A stretch of 64,000 nucleotides of DNA, from contig CBDFKD010000002.1 of the NCBI GenBank assembly GCA_965248695.1, positions 5,161,691-5,225,690 on the forward strand, in the 5' to 3' direction. A program made the position numbers and the translations under genes. This stretch comes from Acidobacteriota bacterium (GTDB lineage Bacteria; Acidobacteriota; UBA890; WLXD01). Of this stretch, positions 1-9,419 are shown piece after piece. The notes beneath the pieces were generated by a model. That model saw only the letters and a list, made by a program, of their open reading frames with translations, was not told the DNA's origin and searched no databases. Numbering within the stretch: position 1 is the stretch's first letter; every line of letters begins with the position of its first letter.

Positions 1-1376
1 TGTGGCCCTCCGACAACCGCCAGGCGTTCTACATGAATGGCTCCTATGAGGCGCGCATACCTGTCGGAATTTACGAGCTCGCCGCAACCCACGGGGTCGA
101 GTACCACGCGTACCATGGCGCCTTCGAGGTCAGGGAAGGGGAGACCACAGAGGTAACGGCGTCGCTGCAGCGCTACGACGATCTGCCGAGCCGCGGATGG
201 TTCTCGGGCGAATCGCATGTCCACCTGCAACGCGATCAGGTCGAGGATCTCGACGTCTGGACGCAGATCGCTGCCGAGGACGTTCACGTTGCCAACCTAG
301 TGGAGATGGGCAACATCGGCGGCACGTACTTCACCCAGCCGACATGGGGCACTGACGGCCGATTCGCGCGCCATGGAACCGTGCTCGTGTCCGGCCAGGA
401 AGACCCGAGAACCGGACATCGCGGCCACACCTTGCACTGGGATATCGAGCGCCCGACCCACGCCGAGTCGACCACGTTCTACGACTACCGCGACGTCTTC
501 GAGCAGACCCGCGCAAACGGCGGCATCACCGGCTACGCCCACCTGGGCTCGTTGTTCAACGGCGAGCGCGGGCTCGCCCTCGACATCCCGTATGGCCTCA
601 TCGACTTCATCGAAGTTCTACAGGGCGGCAACCTGCATACCGACCTCTGGTACGACTTCCTCAACCTCGGGTACCGAATCTTGCCGGCCGCCGGCGCCGA
701 CTACCCGTATTTCGGCCCCACGCTTCCTGGCGTGGAGCGCACCTACGTGCAGTTGGACGGCCCGTTCAGCGCCGATGCCTGGTTCGAGGGTTTTCGCCAA
801 GGGCGCACCTACGTCACCAACGGACCATTTCTCGAAGCGACGGTAAACGGCCAGCCCATGGGCGCCGAGCTGCGCGTCGAGCCTGGGGCGCTGCTCAACA
901 TCGTCGCCAGCACGCGCATGAATCCCGAGATCGAACCGCTCGTGCGGCTCGAGCTAGTTGTCCTCGGTGACGTGGCGCACACGGTGCCGGTGCCCACCGG
1001 CGAGGATCACGTGAGCCTCGAGACGACGCTGGTGGCGGATCGGAGCATGTGGCTCGCCGTGCGTGCCTACGGTGTCAACGACGAACGCTGGTACACGACG
1101 GTGGCGCACAGCGCCCCCTTCTACGTCGTGGTCGACGATCAGCCGACCTGGAAGACCGAGGCCGTTCCGGATCTCATTGACGAGCGCCTGCAACACCTGG
1201 AGGAACTGCTCGCCACGCCAATAGACCCGATCGAGGATCTCGAAGCGTTCGAGACCGGGGACCTGCTCATCGAGCAGTGGGACTTGCAGCTACCGCACCT
1301 GACGGAGCGGGTCGAGGAGACTCGAGCGCTCTACGAGGATCTACGGCAACGGCACGGGGAGATCTCGGGGCGGTAG
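1..1376 (+). CDS. CehA/McbA-family (PHP-type) metallohydrolase, 5' end probably outside window
   Basis: ORF open to position 3 with no upstream stop; motif WFSGESHVHLQ (metal-binding His cluster typical of PHP/CehA hydrolases); stop TAG at 1374-1376. Confidence 0.5.
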   Translation, partial: WPSDNRQAFYMNGSYEARIPVGIYELAATHGVEYHAYHGAFEVREGETTEVTASLQRYDDLPSRGWFSGESHVHLQRDQVEDLDVWTQIAAEDVHVANLVEMGNIGGTYFTQPTWGTDGRFARHGTVLVSGQEDPRTGHRGHTLHWDIERPTHAESTTFYDYRDVFEQTRANGGITGYAHLGSLFNGERGLALDIPYGLIDFIEVLQGGNLHTDLWYDFLNLGYRILPAAGADYPYFGPTLPGVERTYVQLDGPFSADAWFEGFRQGRTYVTNGPFLEATVNGQPMGAELRVEPGALLNIVASTRMNPEIEPLVRLELVVLGDVAHTVPVPTGEDHVSLETTLVADRSMWLAVRAYGVNDERWYTTVAHSAPFYVVVDDQPTWKTEAVPDLIDERLQHLEELLATPIDPIEDLEAFETGDLLIEQWDLQLPHLTERVEETRALYEDLRQRHGEISGR

Positions 1377-1834
1377 GGCGGCGACGGTTGAGGGGCATGC
1401 ACCTCGGCCAGGGACCTGCTCTGGAGCTCGACGACCGGTGTAGTCAACGGCCTGCGGCTAAGAGGTTTCTGACCGCCGTGCACGCGAGCCTGGCTACGGT
1501 GCATACCCCTCAACCGCCGCCGCCGCGATCGTCGGAGGACCCCCAGTCTGGGGGGACGGCAATGCCGCAGTCACGACGGAGTCCGCAGGCGGAGGGGCAA
1601 AGTCCTTCGGGAGGTCTCGAGTGCCCGGGGCTCGGCCTGCAGGAGCGTGCTGGACACGGTGCTTCCGGCAACAGAGGACCGCGCGGACTCGAGGCGTTGC
1701 CGGGGAGGGAGTCGACACACTCGCTTCAGCCAGCATCGCGTGCACGGCGCTCAGAACCTATCGGCTTAGACGCGCAAGCAGAAGAGCTCCCTCAACGCCA
1801 GGCAGTGACGTTGGCAGAAGTGAGTGTGTCGACT
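1377..1834. repeat. Structured intergenic repeat element, copy A (3' end interrupted by IS256 insertion)
   Basis: Shares a 45-nt near-identical core (ggtttcYgRccgccgtgcacgcgagcctggctacggYgca) and overall architecture with 8972-9376; two long-range stems with compensatory substitutions between copies; starts immediately after stop codon TAG+ggcgg as in copy B. Confidence 0.6.
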
Positions 1835-3238
1835 GAGATATAACCGGAAGTTGTGGATGGGAGGAAAAAGAAAGGCGGCGTAACCTTCGCTGGGATCATC
1901 AACAACCAGCAGCCGGCTGTGGAGGCCGGGAAGGAGACGCCACTCGTGCTCAAGATTATCGGTGGATCGGACGCGGAGGAAGGACAGCTGACACTGGACG
2001 TCGATGAGCTCGCCCGGCAGGGCGCGCTGCAGATGCTGGCAACAGCACTGGAGTGGGAGGTTCAGGAGTATATCCAGAGCCACGCCGGGCAACTGGATGA
2101 AGCCGGCCGTCGGCAAGTGGTACGCAACGGTCGGGCTCGCGCACGCAAGATCACGTTGGGGTGCGGGACGGTGCAAGTAGCCGCGCCACGGGTCAACGAC
2201 AAGCGGCTCGACGAGCAGGGACTGAGGCAGCGGTTCAGCAGTCGGATCCTGCCGCCCTACATGCGGCGCTCGCCGAAGGTGGCGGAGGTGCTGCCGGTGC
2301 TGTACCTGCGGGGCCTGTCGACGGGCGACTTCAAGGAGGCGCTGCCGATCTTACTGGGACAGGAAGCCAGCGGGCTGTCGGCATCGGCGATCTGCCGGCT
2401 GACGAACGCCTGGAGCACGGAGTACGAGGCATTCCGGAAGCTGGATCTGTCCACCAAGCAGTACGTATACGTGTGGGCGGACGGTGTGCACTTCAACATT
2501 CGACTCGAGGATGATCGGCTGTGCACGCTGGTGATCCTGGGCGTTTTGCCGGACGGAACCAAGGAGCTCATCGCGGTCGAGGACGGGTATCGAGAGAGCA
2601 CCGAGAGCTGGGCGTTCGTGCTCCGGGAGCTGAAGCGTCGAGGCATGCGGGCGCCGCTCGTGGCAGTGGGTGATGGGGCGCTGGGGTTCTGGGCGGCGGT
2701 GCGGGATGTATGGCCCCAGACTCGAGAGCAACGATGCTGGGTGCATCGGCTTGGCAACGTGCTCGACAAGCTACCGAGGCGGCTGCAGGCCAAAGCCAAG
2801 CGCGCGCTGCACGAGATCATCGGTGCGCCAACGCGCGAGGATGCTCAGGAGGGCATGGCGCGGTTCGCAGCCGACTACGGCGCCAAGTACTCCAAGGCCG
2901 TGGCGTCGTTGCAACGCGACTCCGACAAGCTGCTGACGTTCTACGACTTCCCCGCCGACCACTGGGTTCATCTGCGCACGGCCAACCCGATCGAGTCGGC
3001 GTTCGCCACCGTACGCCTGAGACAACGCGTCACCAAGGGCGCCGGCTCACGCACCAAGGCGCTGACGATGGCATTCAAGCTCCTGGAGATGGCACAGCAA
3101 CGATGGCGCCGCATCAACGCTCCTCACCTCACTGCCCTCGTACTCGAGGGCGCCACATTCGTCGATGGAGTTCACCTGATCGCTAGCGAAGACGCCGCCT
3201 GAACAAATCCACCGATCCACAACATTTGCAAATAACTC
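1835..3238 (+). mobile_element. IS256-family insertion sequence (about 1.4 kb) flanked by 9-bp direct repeat gtgtcgact
   Basis: Imperfect about 30-bp terminal inverted repeats (gagatataaccggaagttgtggatgg vs rc gagttatttgcaaatgttgtggatcgg, 22/31 identical); 9-bp TSD at 1826-1834 and 3239-3247; single mutator-type transposase inside. Confidence 0.8.
1853..3202 (+). CDS. IS256-family (mutator-type) transposase
   Basis: 449 aa; strong resemblance to IS256 transposases (…YVYVWADGVHFNIRLEDDR…CWVHRLGNVLDKLP…ANPIESAFATVRLR…). Confidence 0.9.
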   Translation: MDGRKKKGGVTFAGIINNQQPAVEAGKETPLVLKIIGGSDAEEGQLTLDVDELARQGALQMLATALEWEVQEYIQSHAGQLDEAGRRQVVRNGRARARKITLGCGTVQVAAPRVNDKRLDEQGLRQRFSSRILPPYMRRSPKVAEVLPVLYLRGLSTGDFKEALPILLGQEASGLSASAICRLTNAWSTEYEAFRKLDLSTKQYVYVWADGVHFNIRLEDDRLCTLVILGVLPDGTKELIAVEDGYRESTESWAFVLRELKRRGMRAPLVAVGDGALGFWAAVRDVWPQTREQRCWVHRLGNVLDKLPRRLQAKAKRALHEIIGAPTREDAQEGMARFAADYGAKYSKAVASLQRDSDKLLTFYDFPADHWVHLRTANPIESAFATVRLRQRVTKGAGSRTKALTMAFKLLEMAQQRWRRINAPHLTALVLEGATFVDGVHLIASEDAA

Positions 3239-3266
3239 GTGTCGACTCCCTCCGCTCACCGACCCC

Positions 3267-5261
3267 TCAGGTCCGCTCCGCCCACGGATACTGGAACTCC
3301 GGCCTGATCACGTCACCGATGAGGTCCTGAACGGCGCGATGCGCTTGATCCATCGCCGCATGCGTCAGGCTGGTGGCAGCGGCATCCGAGTTGGCCACGG
3401 CAATGCGACCAAATCGCTTCCGGCCGACCACCCAGGGGACCTCGTCGTAGCCCCATTCCGGGTCGTAGAGATCGTTGGCGCCGCCGGCATAGCCATGAGG
3501 CCATCGGTTGACGGTGATCGCGCTGATCTCCTCGGCGGGGTCGAAGCCGCCGCCTGCGAGGGCGCGCCCAAGCTCGTCGCGGATGCGGTACTCGAAGTAA
3601 TCGAACGATGTGGCGAGCAGCTCCTCGCGGCCGGCCCGGAACTGTTCCCTGGCAGAGAGACCAGGCTTGTGCGCGGGCATGCGCTGCAAGTGAAGCGGCT
3701 GAGGATCATCGGGGGTCCGGGCGCAGGTGTAGTCGCCGAGACTCCGATTCATGTCCAGCATCGCCGACCCGTGGTAGCAGCCGGGACCGTAGAAGCTGTT
3801 GATCCCGAGTGCCTCAAACGCCCTCCAGTTGCGCACCACGACGTTCGTGTAGACGAGCGGCTGGCGCACGGCCATCTTCAGCGCCGCCTTCTGCTCGTCG
3901 GGAAAGTCGGGACAGAGGTAGGGGATCATGGAGTTGTAGCAGGCCATGACGCAGGTGGCGCCGCGGGCCCGGTAGGCCTTGCCGTCACGCACGTAGGTGA
4001 CCTCGACCTCGCTGGCAGTGCGGCGCTCGCCGACGTGGCGGACGTTGACCACGGTGCTGTTGAGGCGGACGCGCGCGGCGCTGCCGTCTTCATCGATGGC
4101 GGCGTAGTCGACCGGCGTCGCCACCGAGTCTTCCATCGTCGTTCCCGGGAGAGCCTTCGGAATCAGCCATCTGACGATCAGTCGAGCGATCGCGGCATTG
4201 CCGTCGGGGAAGTGCACTCCCTCGCCGAAGTCGTTACCCTCGCCAAGCCAGCTCTCGGGCGGTCGCTCGAGACGCAGGCCGTCGAAGCCGGGCAGGGAGC
4301 CGGTGCGAAACGCTCCCCAGGCGCTATAGGAGTCGATCCTGGCCGCACCGTTGGAGCCGCCTTCAGCACGGCGCATGAAGAAGGGCATGACACCGGGATC
4401 GGCTTTGACGATCTTCAGAAGATAATCCTGGTAGCTCATCTTCCGCAGACGCGAGACCTTCTCATCGGAGGTCAATCCGGTTAGATAGTCGGTGTTGTCG
4501 TCGTAGGCGCGGGCGATATCGTGTTTGACGACATCAGTTAGCGGCGCATCGGCCAGGAACTGCGTCCATGTGAGCGTGCTACGAACCGAGCCCCAGCCGG
4601 CGGGATCTCCCACCGACAGGTGGTCGGCGCCGAACGTTTCCTGATCAAAGAAGACACCGGCCTGTAGGCCCATCTCGCGGTAAATGCTGCGATCGGCCGC
4701 CGTCGTCCGCAGGAAGCGTTGCTTGTCGATCCCGATGTCCTCCAGCAGCGCCTTTGCCTCGTGCGGGTAGCTGTTAGCGCCGTGGATCATCATCGTGCCG
4801 CCGTAGCCGATGACCAGCTTGCCATCGACCTCGAACTCGTTGCGCTTGGCGTGCCCGCCGAAGTCATCGTGATTGTCGAGAATCAGAATTCGCGCCTCCG
4901 GCAACGCCTTGCGGAAGAAGTACGCCGCCGACAACCCGCTCAGCCCACCACCGACGACGATGAGGTCGTAGCTCTCGCCGGTGTCCTCGGCGTTGTCCCA
5001 GGTCTTCCCATAGCGCATCTCGTGCGCTACTTCGTAGGAGCCCTCGTGACTGCCCCGCATGCCGGTGAGCCGCGGCGGGTAGTACTCGCCCGGCTGCGCT
5101 GCGGAAACGCCTGACCCGTTTGTCGAGCCCTTCGAGCCTGCGGGAGCCCCCGGCCTCCCGGCACCGACCAGGCCGCCGCCAATTGCGACGCTGGCCCCGT
5201 TGAGAAAATCCCGGCGGCTGATGTCACGGTCCATCCCGAGCTCTCGGTCAGTCTTGGTCAC
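3267..5261 (-). CDS. Tat-signal FAD/NAD(P)-binding oxidoreductase (SpdH/spermidine-dehydrogenase-like family, tentative)
   Basis: N-term twin-arginine motif SRRDFLNGASVAIGG; Rossmann dinucleotide motif DLIVVGGGLSGLSAAYFF; 664 aa; GTG start preceded by GAGGA. Confidence 0.6.
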   Translation of the reverse strand: MTKTDRELGMDRDISRRDFLNGASVAIGGGLVGAGRPGAPAGSKGSTNGSGVSAAQPGEYYPPRLTGMRGSHEGSYEVAHEMRYGKTWDNAEDTGESYDLIVVGGGLSGLSAAYFFRKALPEARILILDNHDDFGGHAKRNEFEVDGKLVIGYGGTMMIHGANSYPHEAKALLEDIGIDKQRFLRTTAADRSIYREMGLQAGVFFDQETFGADHLSVGDPAGWGSVRSTLTWTQFLADAPLTDVVKHDIARAYDDNTDYLTGLTSDEKVSRLRKMSYQDYLLKIVKADPGVMPFFMRRAEGGSNGAARIDSYSAWGAFRTGSLPGFDGLRLERPPESWLGEGNDFGEGVHFPDGNAAIARLIVRWLIPKALPGTTMEDSVATPVDYAAIDEDGSAARVRLNSTVVNVRHVGERRTASEVEVTYVRDGKAYRARGATCVMACYNSMIPYLCPDFPDEQKAALKMAVRQPLVYTNVVVRNWRAFEALGINSFYGPGCYHGSAMLDMNRSLGDYTCARTPDDPQPLHLQRMPAHKPGLSAREQFRAGREELLATSFDYFEYRIRDELGRALAGGGFDPAEEISAITVNRWPHGYAGGANDLYDPEWGYDEVPWVVGRKRFGRIAVANSDAAATSLTHAAMDQAHRAVQDLIGDVIRPEFQYPWAERT

Positions 5262-5353
5262 GGCATCCTCGGTCCGAGAAGTAAAATCGTGCGCTAGCGT
5301 TACAGAGACCTTACGTCAGCGCCAGAGGCGGCGATTGCGAGCGCCATATAGCA

Positions 5354-6052
5354 ATGAATGAAGTCATCGGTGCTGTTCATGAATTCCATGACGAAGAGTT
5401 CGCTGCAGGATGGGCTGACCGCTTCGTGCCGACACTCGAACGCCTGGAGTTGTTCGATGTCATGCTCGCCGAGCTGACGTCACGTGTGCCGCCGAGTGGC
5501 TGCGTGGTCGAGCTTGGAATTGGTCCAGGGTACTTGGCAGATCATCTGCTGAGAGCGATGTCCTCGGTTCGCTACTATGGCATCGATTCGTCCGATCCGA
5601 TGCTCGTCATCGCGCGGCAAAGGCTCGGGTCGCACTCAGCCCGAGTCACCTACATACAGGCTGATCTCCTAGCGGCCCATTGGTGGAGGGACATCCGCAC
5701 CCCGGTCGATGCCATCGTTTCAACCTGGGCGTTGCACGATCTGGGCTGCCAGGAGAGCGTCGAGGCAGTCTACGCTCGCTGCGCTCGCATGCTCCAGGAT
5801 GGGGGGATTCTGCTGAACGGAGACTTCATCAAGCCTGACAAGACCATGTACGAATATGAACCGGGTAGATTCGAGATAGCGCGACATCTCGCGATTCTGC
5901 GCCGTGTCGGGTTCACCAAGGCAGACTGCTTGGTCGTGCTCGAAGAGGAAACCGAATCGCCTACGGCGGCGCAGAACTACGCGTGCTTCAGGGCGGTAGT
6001 AGCCCGGACACATCAGAGCCCGGAGCCCGGCAGACGGAAAGGCTGCATATGA
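5354..6052 (+). CDS. Class I SAM-dependent methyltransferase
   Basis: Motif I VVELGIGPGY; 232 aa; stop overlaps start of next gene (ATGA). Confidence 0.6.
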   Translation: MNEVIGAVHEFHDEEFAAGWADRFVPTLERLELFDVMLAELTSRVPPSGCVVELGIGPGYLADHLLRAMSSVRYYGIDSSDPMLVIARQRLGSHSARVTYIQADLLAAHWWRDIRTPVDAIVSTWALHDLGCQESVEAVYARCARMLQDGGILLNGDFIKPDKTMYEYEPGRFEIARHLAILRRVGFTKADCLVVLEEETESPTAAQNYACFRAVVARTHQSPEPGRRKGCI

Positions 6053-8971
6053 AGCGTCTCTTGTCGACCGCACCCGCACTGGCCAGTGCGATCATCCTCT
6101 CGCTCACCGCAGGCGCCTGTTCCAGTCCCGACCCTGCTGACCAGACGCCGTCCGGCTCGGCCGTCGATCGGCCGCTGATGCCGGACTGGGACGCGGAGCG
6201 CAGCGAACGACTGGCGTTTTCCGGCGAGCCGTTTCGCACACCGGAGGGCTTTCGCGTCGAGGAAGTTGCCGGCGACGATCTCATCGGATCGGCCGTGAAT
6301 CTCACGTTCGCGTGGGATGGCCGCCCCATCGTGGCGCTCGAGCAACGGGGACTCGTAATTCTCGACGACGGCGACGGAGACGGTCGCTACGATCGAATGA
6401 CACGGCTCTCAGAAGAGATCAGCACCGCTCACGGCCTTTATGTGCTCGGCCCGGACGATCTGCTCGTGCATGCCGACGGGCCGAGTGATGGCCCCGGCCT
6501 CTATCGTGTGAGCGGCTGGCAGGAGGGTCCCTCGGAGAGCACGGTCGAGCTGCTTCGACGGTCGCGCGGAGGGATCCAGGAGCACGGTCCCCACACGATC
6601 ACCCGAGGCCCCGACGGAGCAATTTACCTGCTCTTCGGCAATCATGCCGTTCCCGACATCGAGCCCTCACAGCGCTCACCACTTCGCGCGCTCCAAGAGG
6701 ATCAGCTACTACCCGTCATTCTGGATCCACGCGGTCATGCAAACACCATTCGTGCCCCGGGCGGAACCATCTGGAGAGTCGACCTCGAGGCCGACTCCTG
6801 GGAGCTGTTCGCCGGCGGGCTGCGCAATCCATTCGACATGGCCTTTTCTCCTGCCGGCGGCCTCTTTGTCTACGAGGCGGACATGGAGTGGGATCGCAGT
6901 CTCCCGTGGTACCGACCCACGCGGGTCCTGCACGCGATCCCGGCCGGCGACTACGGGTGGCGAACCGGCTCCGGCAAAGTAGCGTTCGATAACATCGATA
7001 CGCTCCCCAGCGTCGCCGACGTCGGCCGCGGCTCGCCGGTGGGCGTGGCCTTCTACCGCCATCACGCCTACCCCGCGGCGTTCGACGGCGCGTTATTCCT
7101 AGGCGATTGGGCACGTGGCCGCATACGCGTTCTCTTTCCGCAGGAGCACGGCGCTAGCTGGCAGGGGGAGGCCGTCGACTTCGTTCTTCGAGAGCCTCTC
7201 AATGTGACCGACCTCGCGGTGGGTCCTGACGGCCATCTGTATTTCACCATCGGCGGTCGCCAGACCACTGGTGGGCTGTTCCGAGTGGTCTACGACGGAT
7301 CCGACGGTGGCGCCCGAGGGAGCATGCAAGGCGGTCAGGGGAGCGCTGTCGAGAGGGCCTTGCACCAGCCAATGCCGCGATCCGCCTGGGGCCGCGCGGC
7401 CATCGCACAGCAGCGAGCTGCGGCCGGGGCAAGCTGGGGAGAAGGCCTGCGCGACGCTGTCGAGGACACCGATCGATCGAGGTTGGAGAGACAGAGCGCG
7501 CTGGAGATCCTGCAGCTCTATGGCCCGCAACCGTCTGTTGACGATTTGCGGAGATTCCTGGCGGCAGATGATGCCGGCGTACGAGCTACCGTCGTGACCC
7601 ACCTGGGAACCCGAACCGGCCCTAGCGTCTACCGCGCACTGGCAGTCGCACTGGAAGACCCGGATGCGCGCGTTCGGCGCCGGGCGGCAGAGGCGCTGGC
7701 GCGCTCCGGGAGCGCTGGAGAGGGCGCAACCTGCGGACATCGAAGCTATCCTCGCCGGCCTGGTCGGCCTTCTCGACGACGAGGATCGGTTCGTTCGGTA
7801 CGCTGTCCGCGAGACGCTCGCTCGAGTGGACCCGGATCGCTGGATCTCCAAAGTGGATCTCGCCGGGCCACCTTCGAACGCCGCGTTCGAGGCGATGCTT
7901 GCCTTGGTTCTCCGTCCGGGCTTTCCCGATGCCGAGCTCGTCTTCGAACATCTGCGCCTTCACGTCCAATCACAACCCGGCGAAGTACTGCTGGGCTCCT
8001 ATTTACGCGTGCTCGAGCTCGCCCTGGTGCGCTCCAGGGACGCTGGGGTCGACAGCGTGGAGCTCGAGGGACTGGGCCAGTCCATGTTGGATTGGTTCCC
8101 CACGCAACGCCGCGAGCACAACCGCAAGCTCGAGCGCATCCTCGCCTACCTGGCTCCGCCGGGGGCGGTGGACGCGCTGACGGCAAGGTTGGCGCTCGGC
8201 CGGAACCAGGAGGACGAGATCCACACCCTCTACGCCTTGCGAGCGATCGAAGGCGACTGGAGCGAGGCCCAGCGACAGAGCGTCGTCACCTGGTTCGATC
8301 GTGCTCGAGCGTTCACCGGCGCAGCCAGCATGGTGGGCTATATCGACGCCCTCTGGCAGCGGTGGCTAGCGAACCTCTCCGACGCCGAGCGCGTGGCGGC
8401 GGTCGAACGCCGGCAGGTCTGGTTGAGCGCCGAGCGGGACAGGATCGCGGCACTGGTGGCCGACGAAGACCTGCCGAGCGAGGATGAGCGCCGCATGCTG
8501 CGTCAGATGAGCTTCGATGAGCTGGCAGAGTACGTCGAATACGACGTCATGGCCTACGAGCGCTTCGACCCTGCGCACGGCGAACGCGTCTTCCAGCGTG
8601 CCCGTTGTGCCGACTGCCACGTTTTCGGCGATGTCGGTCGCGGTGGCGGACCCGACCTCTCGACCGTCGTCAGTCGCTTCAGGCGGCGCGAGATCCTGGA
8701 GTCGATCGTCTACCCGTCACGGGTGATCTCCGACCAGTACAGTGCCCTTCGCGTCCGCCTCCGTGACGGACGGAGATACGTCGGCATGCACGCCGCCGAG
8801 AGCGAAGAGGACCTCGTCCTGATCACCGCTACGGGCGAACGGGTCGTCCTGGACAAACAGCTGGTCAGCGAGCGCGAGCCGGCCGACGTATCCCTGATGC
8901 CGGAGGGTCTACTCGAGGCCATGAGCTTCGACGACTTGATGAGCCTGATGCGATACCTGGAAGAAGGGTAG
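6049..8971 (+). CDS. PVC-type heme-binding CxxCH protein with membrane-bound-dehydrogenase and HEAT-repeat domains; apparent frameshift near 7720-7740 (possible pseudogene or sequence error)
   Basis: Lipoprotein-like signal MKRLLSTAPALASAIILSLTAGAC; HEAT-like repeats (DPDARVRRRAAEALA); C-terminal cytochrome c motif CADCH; reading frame switches from frame 1 (5983..8487 ORF) to frame 2 (7664..8971 ORF) around RSG/AQPADIEAILAGL. Confidence 0.6.
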
Positions 8972-9376
8972 GGCGGGCGGGTTCGAGCCCCAATGCGCCG
9001 TAACCAGGGACATGCCCTGGTGCTGGGTGAGCGGCGTAGTCTACGGCCTGGGGCACTGAGGTTTCCGGCCGCCGTGCACGCGAGCCTGGCTACGGCGCAC
9101 TGGGGCTCGAACCCGCCGCCGCGACCGAAGACACTTCTTGCCGGGCGGGCCGGTCGTGCCGCGAACTGAGACGCCGCGGCCCAGCGGTTCCGACGATCGC
9201 CCTCTTCCGTATTCCGGAGGCTGCCGCGACCTCAGGCGCTGCCGGGGAGGAAGTCGACACACCTCCTTCAACCAGCATCGCGTGCACGGCACACACCACC
9301 TAAAGGCGATGACGCGCGAGCAAAGGAGTTCCCCTAGCGCCAGGCGATGACGCTGGTAGAAGGAGGTGTGTCGACT
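8972..9376. repeat. Structured intergenic repeat element, copy B (intact)
   Basis: Homolog of 1377-1834; stem 1 gggttcgagcccc/ggggctcgaaccc and stem 2 gaagtcgacacacctccttc/gaaggaggtgtgtcgac are perfectly complementary; lies between convergent genes. Confidence 0.6.
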
Positions 9377-9419
9377 TGCTCCGCCCTCGTCTCAATCCCG
9401 CTCGCCTGATACCGAAAGA

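Noticed and set aside
1277-1843. 188-aa ORF across repeat element copy A (and 9138..9350 in copy B)
   Set aside because: Differences between copies are compensatory in stems and do not conserve the protein; composition is Arg/Pro-rich.
3339-4484. 381-aa plus-strand ORF antisense to the Tat flavoprotein gene, plus similar antisense ORFs (13045..13728, 13932..14909, 9366..9875, 10881..11810, 11521..12645, 16758..17489, 21984..23033, 23969..24991, 26017..26711, 36241..36963, 37594..38544, 43287..44036, 44989..46002, 45600..46268, 49250..50224, 51171..51902)
   Set aside because: Antisense-frame artifacts of high-GC coding regions; low-complexity translations; the sense genes have recognisable motifs.
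8972-9030. T-arm-like motif GGGTTCGAGCCCC at the start of repeat copy B (possible tRNA)
   Set aside because: Its partner ggggctcgaaccc 110 nt downstream forms a long-range stem instead; copy A has a different sequence at the same place, so it is not a tRNA.
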